From Trichodelitschia bisporula (taxonomy: Eukaryota), in assembly GCA_010356995.1 (NCBI GenBank), contig ML996698.1, positions 555,923 to 619,922 on the forward strand: a DNA stretch of 64,000 bases. The letters run 5' to 3'. Below, piece after piece: positions 24,732-38,572 of the stretch. Both the position numbers and the translations under genes were made by a program. Positions within the stretch are counted from its first letter, which is position 1. Each line of letters starts with the position of its first letter. Below the pieces are notes generated by a model that was not told the origin of the DNA, searched no databases, and saw nothing but the letters and a program-made list of their open reading frames with translations.

Positions 24732-25633
24732 AGTCATGAACAGCAAGGCGTTTGGGAAAGGTGTGGCTAAAGGCATGGTGGATGGCACGAATGACGCCTT
24801 TCTAAGGCTTGATATTCTACGCAGCAAGCCTAAATTATGCTTGGCTGGTGGGATGTCTCTCATCAAATAGACGCAGAGTAATCAAAGCAAATGCTCCAAC
24901 ACTGCAACACGAAGTGAGAAGCGACCAGTGAAGGCCACCGTAGTTTATCTAGGCACAAATTTGAACTCGTGACCGTGGGATAGAGATCGCCGAGTCTTCG
25001 AAAGTGCCAGTGGGGGTTGAAGGGTGGACTCAAGGGAACACTTTCATCTACAAGCATGGGGAGGGGGTACAATAGGTACCAGCCACATGCTAAGTTCAAG
25101 ATAGAGCCGGATTCGACTGTTGATGGTGATCTGATCAGTTCAGAGAGCGGTCAGAATAGACTGGAACTAGAGAAGGCGAAGTGCTGGTACACTCGACCGG
25201 ACGGAATAGAGTAGAGCGAAAGGAAGGTTGTAGATCCTTAGAGTTCGAATACTCGGAGTTTGAACTCTCAGTTGCATTGCCGATAGGTGCGGATTGAAGA
25301 ATGAACACGAGGATCATGTCAAAGTCTTAGCATGAAAGTGCTGCACTGATGGCAAAAGGTTGTGAGGTTGAAGAGGAATTGAAGGTGAAATTTTGCGGGC
25401 AAGAAGTAGCCGGGCGGATTAGAGAGTTTCCTCACCTTGGCAGCCGATCCACCCTACTCGCGGAGCCAACGCGCTCAGCCCTGTCGGAGTCCAAGCCGAC
25501 ACTTTACCTCATCTCAAATATATCCACAACGAACACCTTGACCTTTTGGCCTCACCGAGCGCCCTTCCCCTCCGTCCTCGACCGTACATACTCGACGCCG
25601 CCAGGAGCCACCGACAACCTCGCTGGCGCCGCA

Positions 25634-26758
25634 ATGGTGTCCCTCGAGAGGTAACAAAGCTCCCCTCCACTCATATCCGCCTCCAACCGCTAACACGCCC
25701 ACAGCCTAATCCAGATCCTCTTCTGGACCGTCCCCCTCGTCCTCCCACGCGCTCTGTCCCTGTACCGCGCCCTCACCTCCCCCGCCCCCGCACAGCGCCA
25801 ACCCCTCCCCTACCTCACACGCCTCACTCTCGCACTCACAACCCTCAGCATCATCGCCTACCTCGCACTCCTCACCCCCCCCTTGACTCCGCCCAACATC
25901 TTCACCCTAACCCGCTCCCGCCTCGCCCTCCCCGTAAACCTCCTCACAAGCCGGCTGCATACCGCCCGGCACGGCGCGTTGACACCCCTCGACCACGCCC
26001 TCACAAACGCATTTAAATCTGATCCCTCCCCCCGGCCCCGGCTCCTCTACGCCGCCTACGGCCCCAGCCCCATCGCGCACTGCCCCTTCTGCACCTCCGA
26101 CAGCACACGGAGCTACTTCTTCTACGCCATCCCCGCCCTTCTCACCCCACACCTGCTGCACACCGCGCTCCTCGGCGCCCTGACCTCTCCCCACCTAACC
26201 GGTGCGGCGGGGCGCTCCCTCCGCGCCCCCGCCGCAGTAGCTACAGCCGCCCTTTGCGCTGCCGACGCCGTCCTCGCCGCCGCCTACGACGTGGACGCCA
26301 ACGCCACGCGGCGCAGTCTCCGCGATGTGGACTGGTTCTTCTGGCGTGCGCGCATGTGGCGGCTCCTCGCCTTCGCCGCCGTCGATGCCGCGTTTGCCAT
26401 CGCGGTCTGGGGCCGCGCGGTCGGGCGTTGGCCGGGCGGGGAGGAGCCCGGGGGTGGGCTGCGGGAGCTCCAGGCGCTAGGGTACGGACTCAGAGACCTG
26501 TATCAGCGGAGTGCTGCGGTGGGGCCGGTGCGGCGGGTTGTGGTTGCGGATCGCGAGTTGAGGGCTCGGAGTGCGGCGTATTGGGACCAGGAGCCGAGGG
26601 TTATGGAGGAAGTGGAGAGGGAGCGCGAGGTGGTGGATGCGAAGAACCGGGTGCTTGGGACCATGGACGTGGAGCGCGTGAGGCACAATGCTGAGGAGTA
26701 TGTTGAGCGGGTGTTGGGGGATCTGAGGCCGTCAGTGGAGAAGAGCAAGGATGTTTGA
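25634..26758 (+). CDS. Uncharacterised fungal multi-pass membrane protein with a CxxC motif
   Basis: ATG in GCCGCAATG context. Intron GTAACA..CTAAC..CAG, then an open frame: LIQILFWTVPLVLPRALSLYR..PPNIFTLTRSRL..RLLYAAYGP..HCPFC..LTPHLLH..DWFFWRARMWR..AAYWDQE. Confidence 0.8.
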
Positions 26759-27374
26759 TTTGGTGCTCGCGGGTGGCGTTGGGTGTTTGGTGCAAATGGA
26801 TACAGACGTGCATTTCGTCGCATGTGAGCTTGAACGGAATAGAAGTAGGCGACGTCACAGGAAGTTGAGCATGTGCAGAGGAACGCATATTGCATGAGGA
26901 AAGCATCAATATATGAAAGCGACTGAACCATAACTACGCCACATGAAACTGCACACCTGTCGTACATTCCACCTTTCCATAATACAGCAACTTACAGAAG
27001 ATATATGTCTCGTCTTAGCCAATGAAGCCCCAAATTCGTTTGCATCGACGCCGGCCGGAGGGACAGAAGTTCTTAAAGGTGGTCTCCATGCGCTGCTCTG
27101 CCAGGTCGCACCAGACATCTGCGCTCAACAAAATCACCCGCCGCAATAGGCACAACCATAAGCATGAGTGTCCGCGCGAGAATCGCACCAACTTTTTTCC
27201 TCATCCCTACGCAATTCACTTCCTTACACAATTCATGGCTCGCACCGCCGTAGCGACAGACAGCAGCATCAATATGCCCCGCGCTAACCTAGTTATTGAC
27301 GCGTGATGAATGTACCTGTAAAACCCGCACCGCTGTGAAGAAAGAAGCGCCGGAAAAGACATGAAGCCACACCA

Positions 27375-30255
<2,881 letters not shown>

Positions 30256-30334
30256 GGTGGCCGCGAGTGGAGGGCGAGCGGGCGAGCCCCTCGCAGCTAC
30301 AGGCCCCGTCGAGAGCAATGCACTTTGAGTTGCT

Positions 30335-30397
30335 CTGAAAGGAAGTCAAGATAACCGGACACCGGATGTGAATGGCTGATGGCGAAATTCACCATAC
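30335..30397 (-). other. Possible 5'-UTR intron of RSP5
   Basis: GTATGG donor, TTGAC branch-like site and pyrimidine-rich TTCCTTTCAG acceptor; 63 nt. Confidence 0.5.
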
Positions 30398-31070
30398 GAT
30401 ATCGACGAACGTCGAATATCAGGAGAGGTAGGGGTTTAGGGAGGGGGGTGGGGGGGAAAGGTTGCTGGGTACGTGGTGGAGTTGCGGAGGGTAGGAGAGG
30501 GAGGTGGAGTCGGAGGGAGAGAGACGGAGGTCACGATGGCGGGATGAGCCCAAGCGCGGAAACGAGGCTGTGCAAGCCAAGCATTGACCTTCCAGGCGGG
30601 CTGATGGGGGGGCGGTGCGCGGCAGCGCGGATACAGCGGGGGGGGGGGTGCTGAGAGTGAGAGGCGCTTGGAGATGGAAAGCGGGCGGGGATGTAACGCT
30701 AGGCGTGTGGGGTGTGTTGGGTAGATATTAGAGACACGGTTGTTGCTTAGTTATCTAGCTAGAGGGGGTAGGGATGTAGAGATGGGGAAAGAACTGAAGA
30801 CAACAAGAACCAGGCACGAGAACGAGACAAAAGCTAGCACTAGATCTACTCCGTAGTCCGCGGCGGTGTGGGATGAGCGGCGGAAGGATCAAAGATTGAA
30901 AAGATATGAGAAAAGAGACGTAACTTGAGAGGAGAAACGAAGCAGCAAGCTGGAAGAGGGGTGAGAAGTGGCGGAAACAGTGGCGGGCTGGTGGCGTAAT
31001 TGTGGTAGCGTGGTAGGCACGGAGGACTCTGTGGCTTGATCAAGGCGGGGCGGACTGATAAAGAGGGGAC

Positions 31071-31135
31071 GGAGAGGAGAGGAGAGGAGAGGAGAGGAGA
31101 GGAGAGGAGAGGAGAGGAGAGGAGAGGAGAGGAGA
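31071..31135. repeat. (GGAGA)13 pentanucleotide microsatellite within a pure-purine tract that extends to 31153
   Basis: Directly visible in the sequence. Confidence 0.97.
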
Positions 31136-31911
31136 GGAGGGGGAGGGGAGGAGTGGAGCGGAAGGCGGAAAGATAACGGTGCGGAGCGGAGCGGATAGCG
31201 GAGGCATAATACGGAGGTACATCCGTAGTGGGGGTGGAGCGGAAGGTTGAGTGATGGAAGTGGGAGTGGAGCGGAATCAACTGTCTATCATCTACGGTAT
31301 CATATACAGTCCCAGTACGTCGGCTAGATTACACCGATTGCACACCTCAGCTTCGATCGATAGACCGAATTGGCGGAGGGCGGGACGAACATGGCGGAGA
31401 GAGAGAGGCAGCGGGCTGGCGGAACCTCGGAAGCTGCTATTCTCCGACCCATGATATCACTGCCTCTCCACGTTCCTCCGCTCCACTCTCTCCACGCCGC
31501 TCCACTCATGACCATCTTCTCACCACTTCTCCTCTCCACAGCATCCTCGGCTACTCTTGTCCGCCGCACTCAATTTAATGCTCTGCTTGCAAATGCCTGC
31601 CTTGTCTCAATATCTCCGTACTAGATGGTCGCTGACAAGCCTCAAATCCTGCCGATCCTACCATTCTGGCTCGAGTACATACCCCCCATCGCAAGGGCGT
31701 CCACTAACCACGCAAACATTCCGGACATCTTCCGATATTCCGAACGCATCCCGTACGGAGTATGCATGCACATCCAAGATTGTCCAACCATCATGCCGAA
31801 TGACTTGTGTTTCTCCCCATGCCTTCACTCTACGTTGCCCAGTCTACTTAAACCCTGCTCTATACATGTATCCCAAAATAGACAGGCAACCACTCCCCCC
31901 TCCATACTCAT

Positions 31912-33800
31912 CTAAACGCCCAATGGCCCCATCCCAAAAATCTTACGCAGAGCAAGGTACATCTCGAACGTATTCAGCTTGAACTCGACGCGGGCATGCC
32001 CCGCCCACGCCCGTACCAGCTCCCACACTTTGGCCAGCCGCCAGTCACCCCCCATGATGCGCTCTAGCTGCTCCTCATACACAGTACGCGACGCGTAGTG
32101 TGCAAGAATGAGGAAAGTGCGCGCAGGGCCCTGGCGCGTCTGGAGTCCCTCGTCAAGGGAGCGCGCTTGTTAAAGTCAGTCGAATGCTCGCCGTACAATA
32201 GAGATAGCCCAAACGGGAAGGAAAGACTCACTCAGGTCGTTCGTCTTCAACACCAGGAGTAGCACGCGTGGAACTGCTCCCAATAACTGCACTAGCTGCG
32301 CAAGCATTCCTTCTCCCAGCGCTGCACCAATGACCTCTCTCTCCTTGTCATCCCGCTGGCGCAAGATCCCCCCATTCGGGTTCGTCAACGCTCCGTAATC
32401 GCGCCCCGTGATCGCGCTGGCGAACAGCGCAAAATCCTCATCCCCTACACCCGCCACCTTGTGCGCCCACCGCCGCATCTCCGGCTCATTGCCATCCAGC
32501 ACTGCCAGCCAGAGGTGCGCATAGCTACGACGCAGCGCACGCGGAATATCCCGGTACAGCCCGTGGTCGTAGAGCACGATGTCAAATGCGCCGTGCCGGC
32601 CGCGTGACCGCACAGCAATGTTACCGCCATGTGGATCGCAATGCAGCGGCGCGTCGTTGCCGAAAATCATTTCGTTGAATATGCGCGCCAGCGCAGCCGA
32701 CACCTCGTCGCGGTCAATACCGTGCCCGTCCAGGTAGCGAAGGTTATCCGGGCGCGCGCCGGTCACGTACTCGAGCACCAAGATGCGGCGTTTAGCCCAC
32801 AACACGCGCGGCACGACAACAGGCAGCTCGGGGGCAAAGGAGGCAAAGTAATTGCGAGCTCGGACTGCGTTCTCTCCCTCGCGCGCAAAATCGAGCTCCT
32901 GGGGGAGGCTGACCTCCATCTCCTCGGCCAGCCATGTCAAGTCGTATTCCGGGAACCAGCGCTTGAGGGTGGCGAAGGTGAAACTCGTAAGCCACAGATC
33001 CAGCGGCACCCACTCATCCAGGCTCGGATGCTGGAGCTTGACGGCGACCTGCTCGCCTGTGTCGCGCAACGTTGCGCGGTGAACTTGCGCGAGGGAGGCC
33101 GCGCCAATTGGGTTCGGGTCAAAGGTGGAGAAGAAGTGAGAGAGGGGGAATCCCGTGTCGTCAACGAAGAGCTTCTCAATACTCGGTATCGAAGACATGG
33201 GACAGCGGTCCTGAAGGGGGATGAAGGTGGTGCACCACTCCGGCGGGAGGAGGTAGGTCAAGGAACTCAGATGTTGCCCCAGCTTTATGAATATCGACCC
33301 ATTCTTCTCCATGGCGACGAGAGCGCGCTCGGCGCAGCGCTTGTGACATGCCGATAACTGCGCTCGGTACTCGGCCTCATCGTCTCGAGGATAGCGCAAG
33401 GCCCGGCGATAGCTACACGTGAAAAATCAGTATAAGGGTCCCTAAAGCCACTTCCTGGAGACACCAACTCATTGATACACACCGCCAACGTTCCTACCAC
33501 CCGCCCTGTCCTCTCCACCCCAGCAACAATATGCCGCCCCTTATCCGAATAGGTCGCCGCAAAGCCCACTCCCACCCCCAATCCTACGAGCATCACACGT
33601 CTCCTCGTCCTCTCCGCTCTTGCCCTCCGTGCCTCCCCCGCGGCATCATCTTCCCCTACGCGCTCCTCCGCCAGCGTGGCATAGCCCTTATACGAAGACT
33701 TCGGTCCTGCGCGCCCCGGAGTAGCACGCAGACAGGCGCGACAAGTCCAAGTGCGAGCGGGCGAGAAGGCCTTGAAAGCGGTGGGAGCAAACATGGGCAT
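31912..33800 (-). CDS. Mitochondrial ABC1/UbiB atypical kinase (ADCK1/Mcp2-like)
   Basis: Presequence-like N-terminus (start at 33800 or 33794). Motifs IFIKLGQHLSS, PIGAASLAQVHRA, VAVKLQHP, ELDFAREG, HCDPHGGN, LYDHGLY, LKTNDL. Two introns; last exon ends FGMGPLGV*. Confidence 0.92.
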
Positions 33801-34699
33801 GCGAGCCCGAGAGGTTGAGAAAGGGTACGAAGGGCAACGATCGTGATGTCAACCAGCGCAACGGTGAGTGCTAGTCGTGCATGGGGCGTGCTGAGTAAAT
33901 CGGCGGTCAACCAGGCCAATGCCGGCGTGCAGTATTGCTGGGTGGTTGAAGAAGGGGCGACAGGATTTTTTTTGGTCGGCGATAAAATGTCGGGATGCCG
34001 GTTTGGACGGTGTCTTGTGGTGGTGGCGGCATGCGGCTGGGGGGAAGGGCCAGTGCCCCTCCCACGGACCGCGGACCGAAGGAAGGACATGCCGCTCGAC
34101 CTTCATTCATCCCAATACGTTCTTGATACCGGATTTGCTTGTAAAAGGGTTAACTTAGGAATGAGAAGAGTTTGGCTCCTTACGTCGAGTTTCTTCCATT
34201 TTCGTCTCCAGATCGGGAAGCGATGATACGTCAGGGTGCCCATTGAATCATTATTTCTCGTCCCCGAGTACTTCACAATGCCTCACTGTCGCAATCAAAG
34301 CAGGATTCTACGAGTCCAAAGAAGATACATGCATACTGCATACGTAGTAGTAATCACATCACGCGTCTATCCGGCCCTCTAATAGTGCCACAAACCCCCC
34401 ATTACTCGGATTCATGCCCCACGATCGTGAGAAGCATTATCCTCATCCATAAATCTCATGAAACAAGAAAGCTCGCGGGGAGATTCATGAGAATACTGAT
34501 AAGACCCCTTTCTGTCCTGACCAAGGCCCACAGACAAATAACAATAGTACGAATTTCCAAACGGAAACAAAACTAGAAGGGTATGAGGAACTCCAAACTC
34601 CCATCTCTGAGCCTAACCAAGCAACGCCGTAACCTGGGCCGTTGTTCATCTCGGCATGATCGTGCATTGCAACAGGGCAAATCAGCTTCGACAACCTGC

Positions 34700-36948
34700 C
34701 TACGGTCCAACATCACTCGCCCACCCGTACGCGCCACCCTGCGGTGCGTAATCTCCTTCATCATCATACTCGCCAGCCGAGCTGTGATCAAAGTTGCCTT
34801 GCCCGCTAAGTTCGCCGTCCATTTGGTCGTCGGGGCCTTCGGCAGGGAGGTTGTCCCAGATACCTCCAAGGGTTGGATACTGTTGTAACAAGGCCTGCGG
34901 TAGACGGTAGACACCCCCCATGTGATCGATCATGTTGGGCTGTCCGTACATGTCGTATCCAGGCGGTTGCACAATAATGCCTCCCATTTCGGGCTGCATC
35001 ATGCCTGGATTCGCTGCCATCATCTGTGCCCGCGCATCTTCGTGCTGCGCTATCAACTTCTCGCGCGCCTCTTCCTCGAGCAGAGGCTTAATGCAGATAC
35101 GTCCTGCCTCGGAGCGGAAGTGGCGGCCAAGCGCGTCAGCACGGGCAAAGCGGCGTCCGCAACCCCAAGGGTTCGAGTCCTTTAGTGAGCCGCGACACAC
35201 AAACTTCTTTTCGCCCGAATGCAGGCCCTCATGTCGCTTCCTATCATGCTGCCGTGCAAATGCCTTGCCGCAAACACCGCAGACAAATGGCCGCTCGTCC
35301 GTGTGCGTGCGAAGATGCGAGCGGAGGTTGTATGCGCGCGTAAAGCGCTTGGGGCACAGGCTGCATTGGAAGGTTGCAGGGTGCTTTTGCGTGCGCTTGG
35401 ACCCACCCGAGCCTGAACTGGCTCCATTCTCGCTGCTAGTTGCGATGGTCGCAGCCGGACGCGAGGGATCCGCAAGATCAAGGATGTAGTCGCGGTTAGG
35501 CACCGACGACGTTGAAGAGCGCCGTTTGCCTGAAGGTGACGGAGAGCGTGAGCCAACACCGGCCGCGTGCGGGGACAGGCGGTTTTTGATGACTTCGGCG
35601 GCGCCCGGTGTCGAGGCTGTGGATGCTGGTCCCGCACTAGACTCGGATTTTGCACGCATGCGACGACCACGACCTAGGTGGCATGAATAAAGAAAGATCT
35701 TGGAACCAAAAATTGTCACTTACTTCTGTCCGGCGGGCTGAGCCCACCTTGCTCTTGAGCATCCGTCTTGACATCGTAGCTCTGCTCCTTGGGAGCCAGT
35801 TGAATATTGATTTCTGGGGGCGACATAGTGTCCGCTTGACCACCAGCATATTCTTCACCATTCATGTGCCCCAAGGTAGGGAACGCTTCATGGTTCTGGC
35901 CTGTGTACGGTTCGACCAACTGAGGCGAGGGGTACGATGAGTGCATAGGCACTGGCATGCCGACGCCTGAAGGACTCATAAATGTCTCAGGAGAAGAGAA
36001 AGCGGGAAGGTTATGCTGCTGGGGGAGCAGATGCGGTGATATGTGAGGGCTATGGCCAGGGCTAGGGTTGACGTTGTAGTGAGGATGATGGCCTTCGGAT
36101 ATGGAGAACTGGCCGATGCCCATGACTTCCTGGTACATGGACGGGTCGGCTTGAGCGGACAGTAGAGGCGAGTGGTGATCGGGTTCGAAAGAATCACTGT
36201 TGCCGAGAAAGGGAGATGGGTGTGCCGAGGACGAGACATCCGAGTGCGCATCCGAATGCTGGCGCCGATGCTGGAATCCGTGCCCCCACTCGGCACCACT
36301 CTGCATCTGCATGGGATATGCGGCGCTGGAGGGGTCTAGCGACGTGTTTCTCGAGTGCCGTGGGGAAGGCGCCTGGAAAGACATATGGCCCAGCGCAGGC
36401 GAGTTGTGTGGGCTTCCGCTTGACTGACGGTGCATGTTGGGCGCCAGGAGATGGGGAGGAGTAGGGGACTGAGTAGAGGTCGCCATCTGGTTTGCGAGTC
36501 CTGCCTGGTTGAGAGTATGCTCTTGCAGCGGGGGACTGGAGAGTAGCGCGGGATCAAGGGATCCAGTACTGTACTGAAGCGGATTTGGGAAGAGAGCGGG
36601 GTCGACTTCGTTTGATAAGCCCGCCGTGAAGTCGAACAGCTCGGTAGCTTGATCTTGATTGAAATGTGGGTTGGCGTTAGGCTGCTGGAGCTGGCCTTCG
36701 GGAAAGAGAGAGCCCTGTGCAAATGCCGACGGGTGAGGAAAGGGTTGCGACGAGCTTGTGAAGGCGACACTGGGATCAAAAGATCCAAACGAGGGAGTTG
36801 GATCGGAAGCGAGGAACGACTGGCTTGTCCCGATATCAGACACTGAAAGCGAGTTGCGAAAGGCGTTGTGAGGAGAAGGCGACGGTTGATTACTTCGGTT
36901 GTTGTGTCGGCCTGTTGAGGGAGATCTCCCTCTCTGGTGTTGGTCCAT
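34700..36948 (-). CDS. CRZ1: Calcineurin-responsive C2H2 zinc-finger transcription factor Crz1/CrzA
   Basis: [11 protein letters not shown] start, Ser-rich region ([11 protein letters not shown]), PxIxIT-like docking site PEINIQ. Intron 35723..35674. Zinc fingers [68 protein letters not shown]. Confidence 0.95.
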
Positions 36949-38572
36949 GACGGGGCGGGGTGGTCTCGAGATATATAGACGTCTGAGTCGGAGAAGGACA
37001 GGGAGAGTGACAGTGGGAAGAAATGTGGATGTTTGTTGCAGTTCTTTTCTTAGGATTTGCGAGTGCTTTGGGGTGCGCGGGGGGGATGGGGGGGTGGTAG
37101 TGGTGGAGGGGGGGTGGGGTGGTATGAGTGGGGGAGGGGGTAGGTGTCTACGCTGAGAGGGGAACGGGACGATGATTTGCGGGTGGGGGGAGAGGGGGGT
37201 TGGAGGATTTTGCTGCTTGACTTGCAGGCAACGGGTCAAGGGGAGCTTCGCGACTGGTTGCGCAGTGATAGAAGGTTGGTTTAAGGTGTTCTGGAAAGGG
37301 AAACGGAGAAAGTGTGGCGATGAAGGGCGATGTAGGGTGTTTAGTGTTCCGTGCGGGTGACGATGGTATGTAGTGGTAGTAGTGGTGGTGATAGAGGGTG
37401 GTGGAGTATGTACGGTAGGATGTCCAGGCGGTCTGTGGGACTCATCCGTGCATTTGACCTGTTACAGGGCAAGAGAGTGGTAGAGAACGGGGAACGGAGA
37501 TGGGCTAACAACCACAACCAAGAAGATGGGCTAAATGGACTGCTCCGCCACGGGGCTTAGATGAGAGAAACAAAAGTCGGCGGCCAATCCAGCAAATGGG
37601 CAAATGGGCCAAATGGAAGTTTAAACAACTGCACTGCACCGGCAACCTATAACCCCAAAGTTATTTATGGAATCGATCCGTTGATAAGCAAGCAAGAGCT
37701 GGTCGCATGCGCGTTTCAGATCTCAGAGCGTCAAAGTCGTGCGCAATGCGATTTGCGACTTGCGCTTGTCAGCGCCATTTGGTGTTGCGAGCTCAGGTAA
37801 CTTGCGACACTAAGTCGATCAGGCTTACGCGCTGCTTCCTACGATGGTAGTTCTAGTTCTACTTGTCACCAAACGGTCTAAGTAGTTGGCGCAAGAAGGA
37901 GAAGATATTCGGGCAACATCCCATTGCGCTCGTCAACTGCTCAACTGATAAATGCGATCAAAGACCGTAGACAGCGTTAAGATGGAGATTATACAACTGC
38001 ATCATCCTCTTCATCACTGCATCCGTACGTACCTAGCCACTATCGGCTGGTTTGGGATCCGAACGTGCTCAGCCCCCAACCGTCCATCAATAGCTCGTAT
38101 CGCTCTCCCCGCTTGTTTCCAGTGCGCCCACGAGAATGAGAGAGGAAGTGAGTGAGTGAGAGAGAGCAATCAAAGCACTGTACAGCGGTCAAGGGATCCT
38201 GTCGCCACGTACCAAGGCAAACCCTTTCGACACTGTCTGCCCAAATAAACTCATGGCCAATAGCAAATTTCATGGCCAGGTACAGTACAGTACCAGCTCG
38301 AAAACTGTGTTGCGTGCGCGGCTGTCATGTCCGCCTCGCTGTTCCTGGATCACCGCCCCGTCCCAATGGAGAATGAATCCCGGCGTTGCACAGCCACCGT
38401 TGCTGCCTTCTCGGAGTTGGAATGTGAGAGTCGAAAGCACTAGCCTGAAGGGTTCGACGTCACACATCGTGAGGTTTACTCGTCAACTGCCAATACTACA
38501 TGCATGCAACCATGACGCCCCGTCAACCGCGCGTTTACTCCACACTTCTGCGGCGGACTACGGCAATCGTGC

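Noticed and set aside
24863..25317. Short ORFs between GET1 and the membrane-protein gene
   Set aside because: The frames are inconsistent, interrupted by stops, and resemble no family I recognise.
30846..31280. ORFs containing LLSSP repeats
   Set aside because: These are translations of the (GGAGA)n microsatellite.
32629..33357. Long antisense ORFs opposite the ABC1 kinase, and similar ones opposite porin, PCS60 and KEX1
   Set aside because: They are shadow frames of GC-rich coding sequence with no independent motifs.
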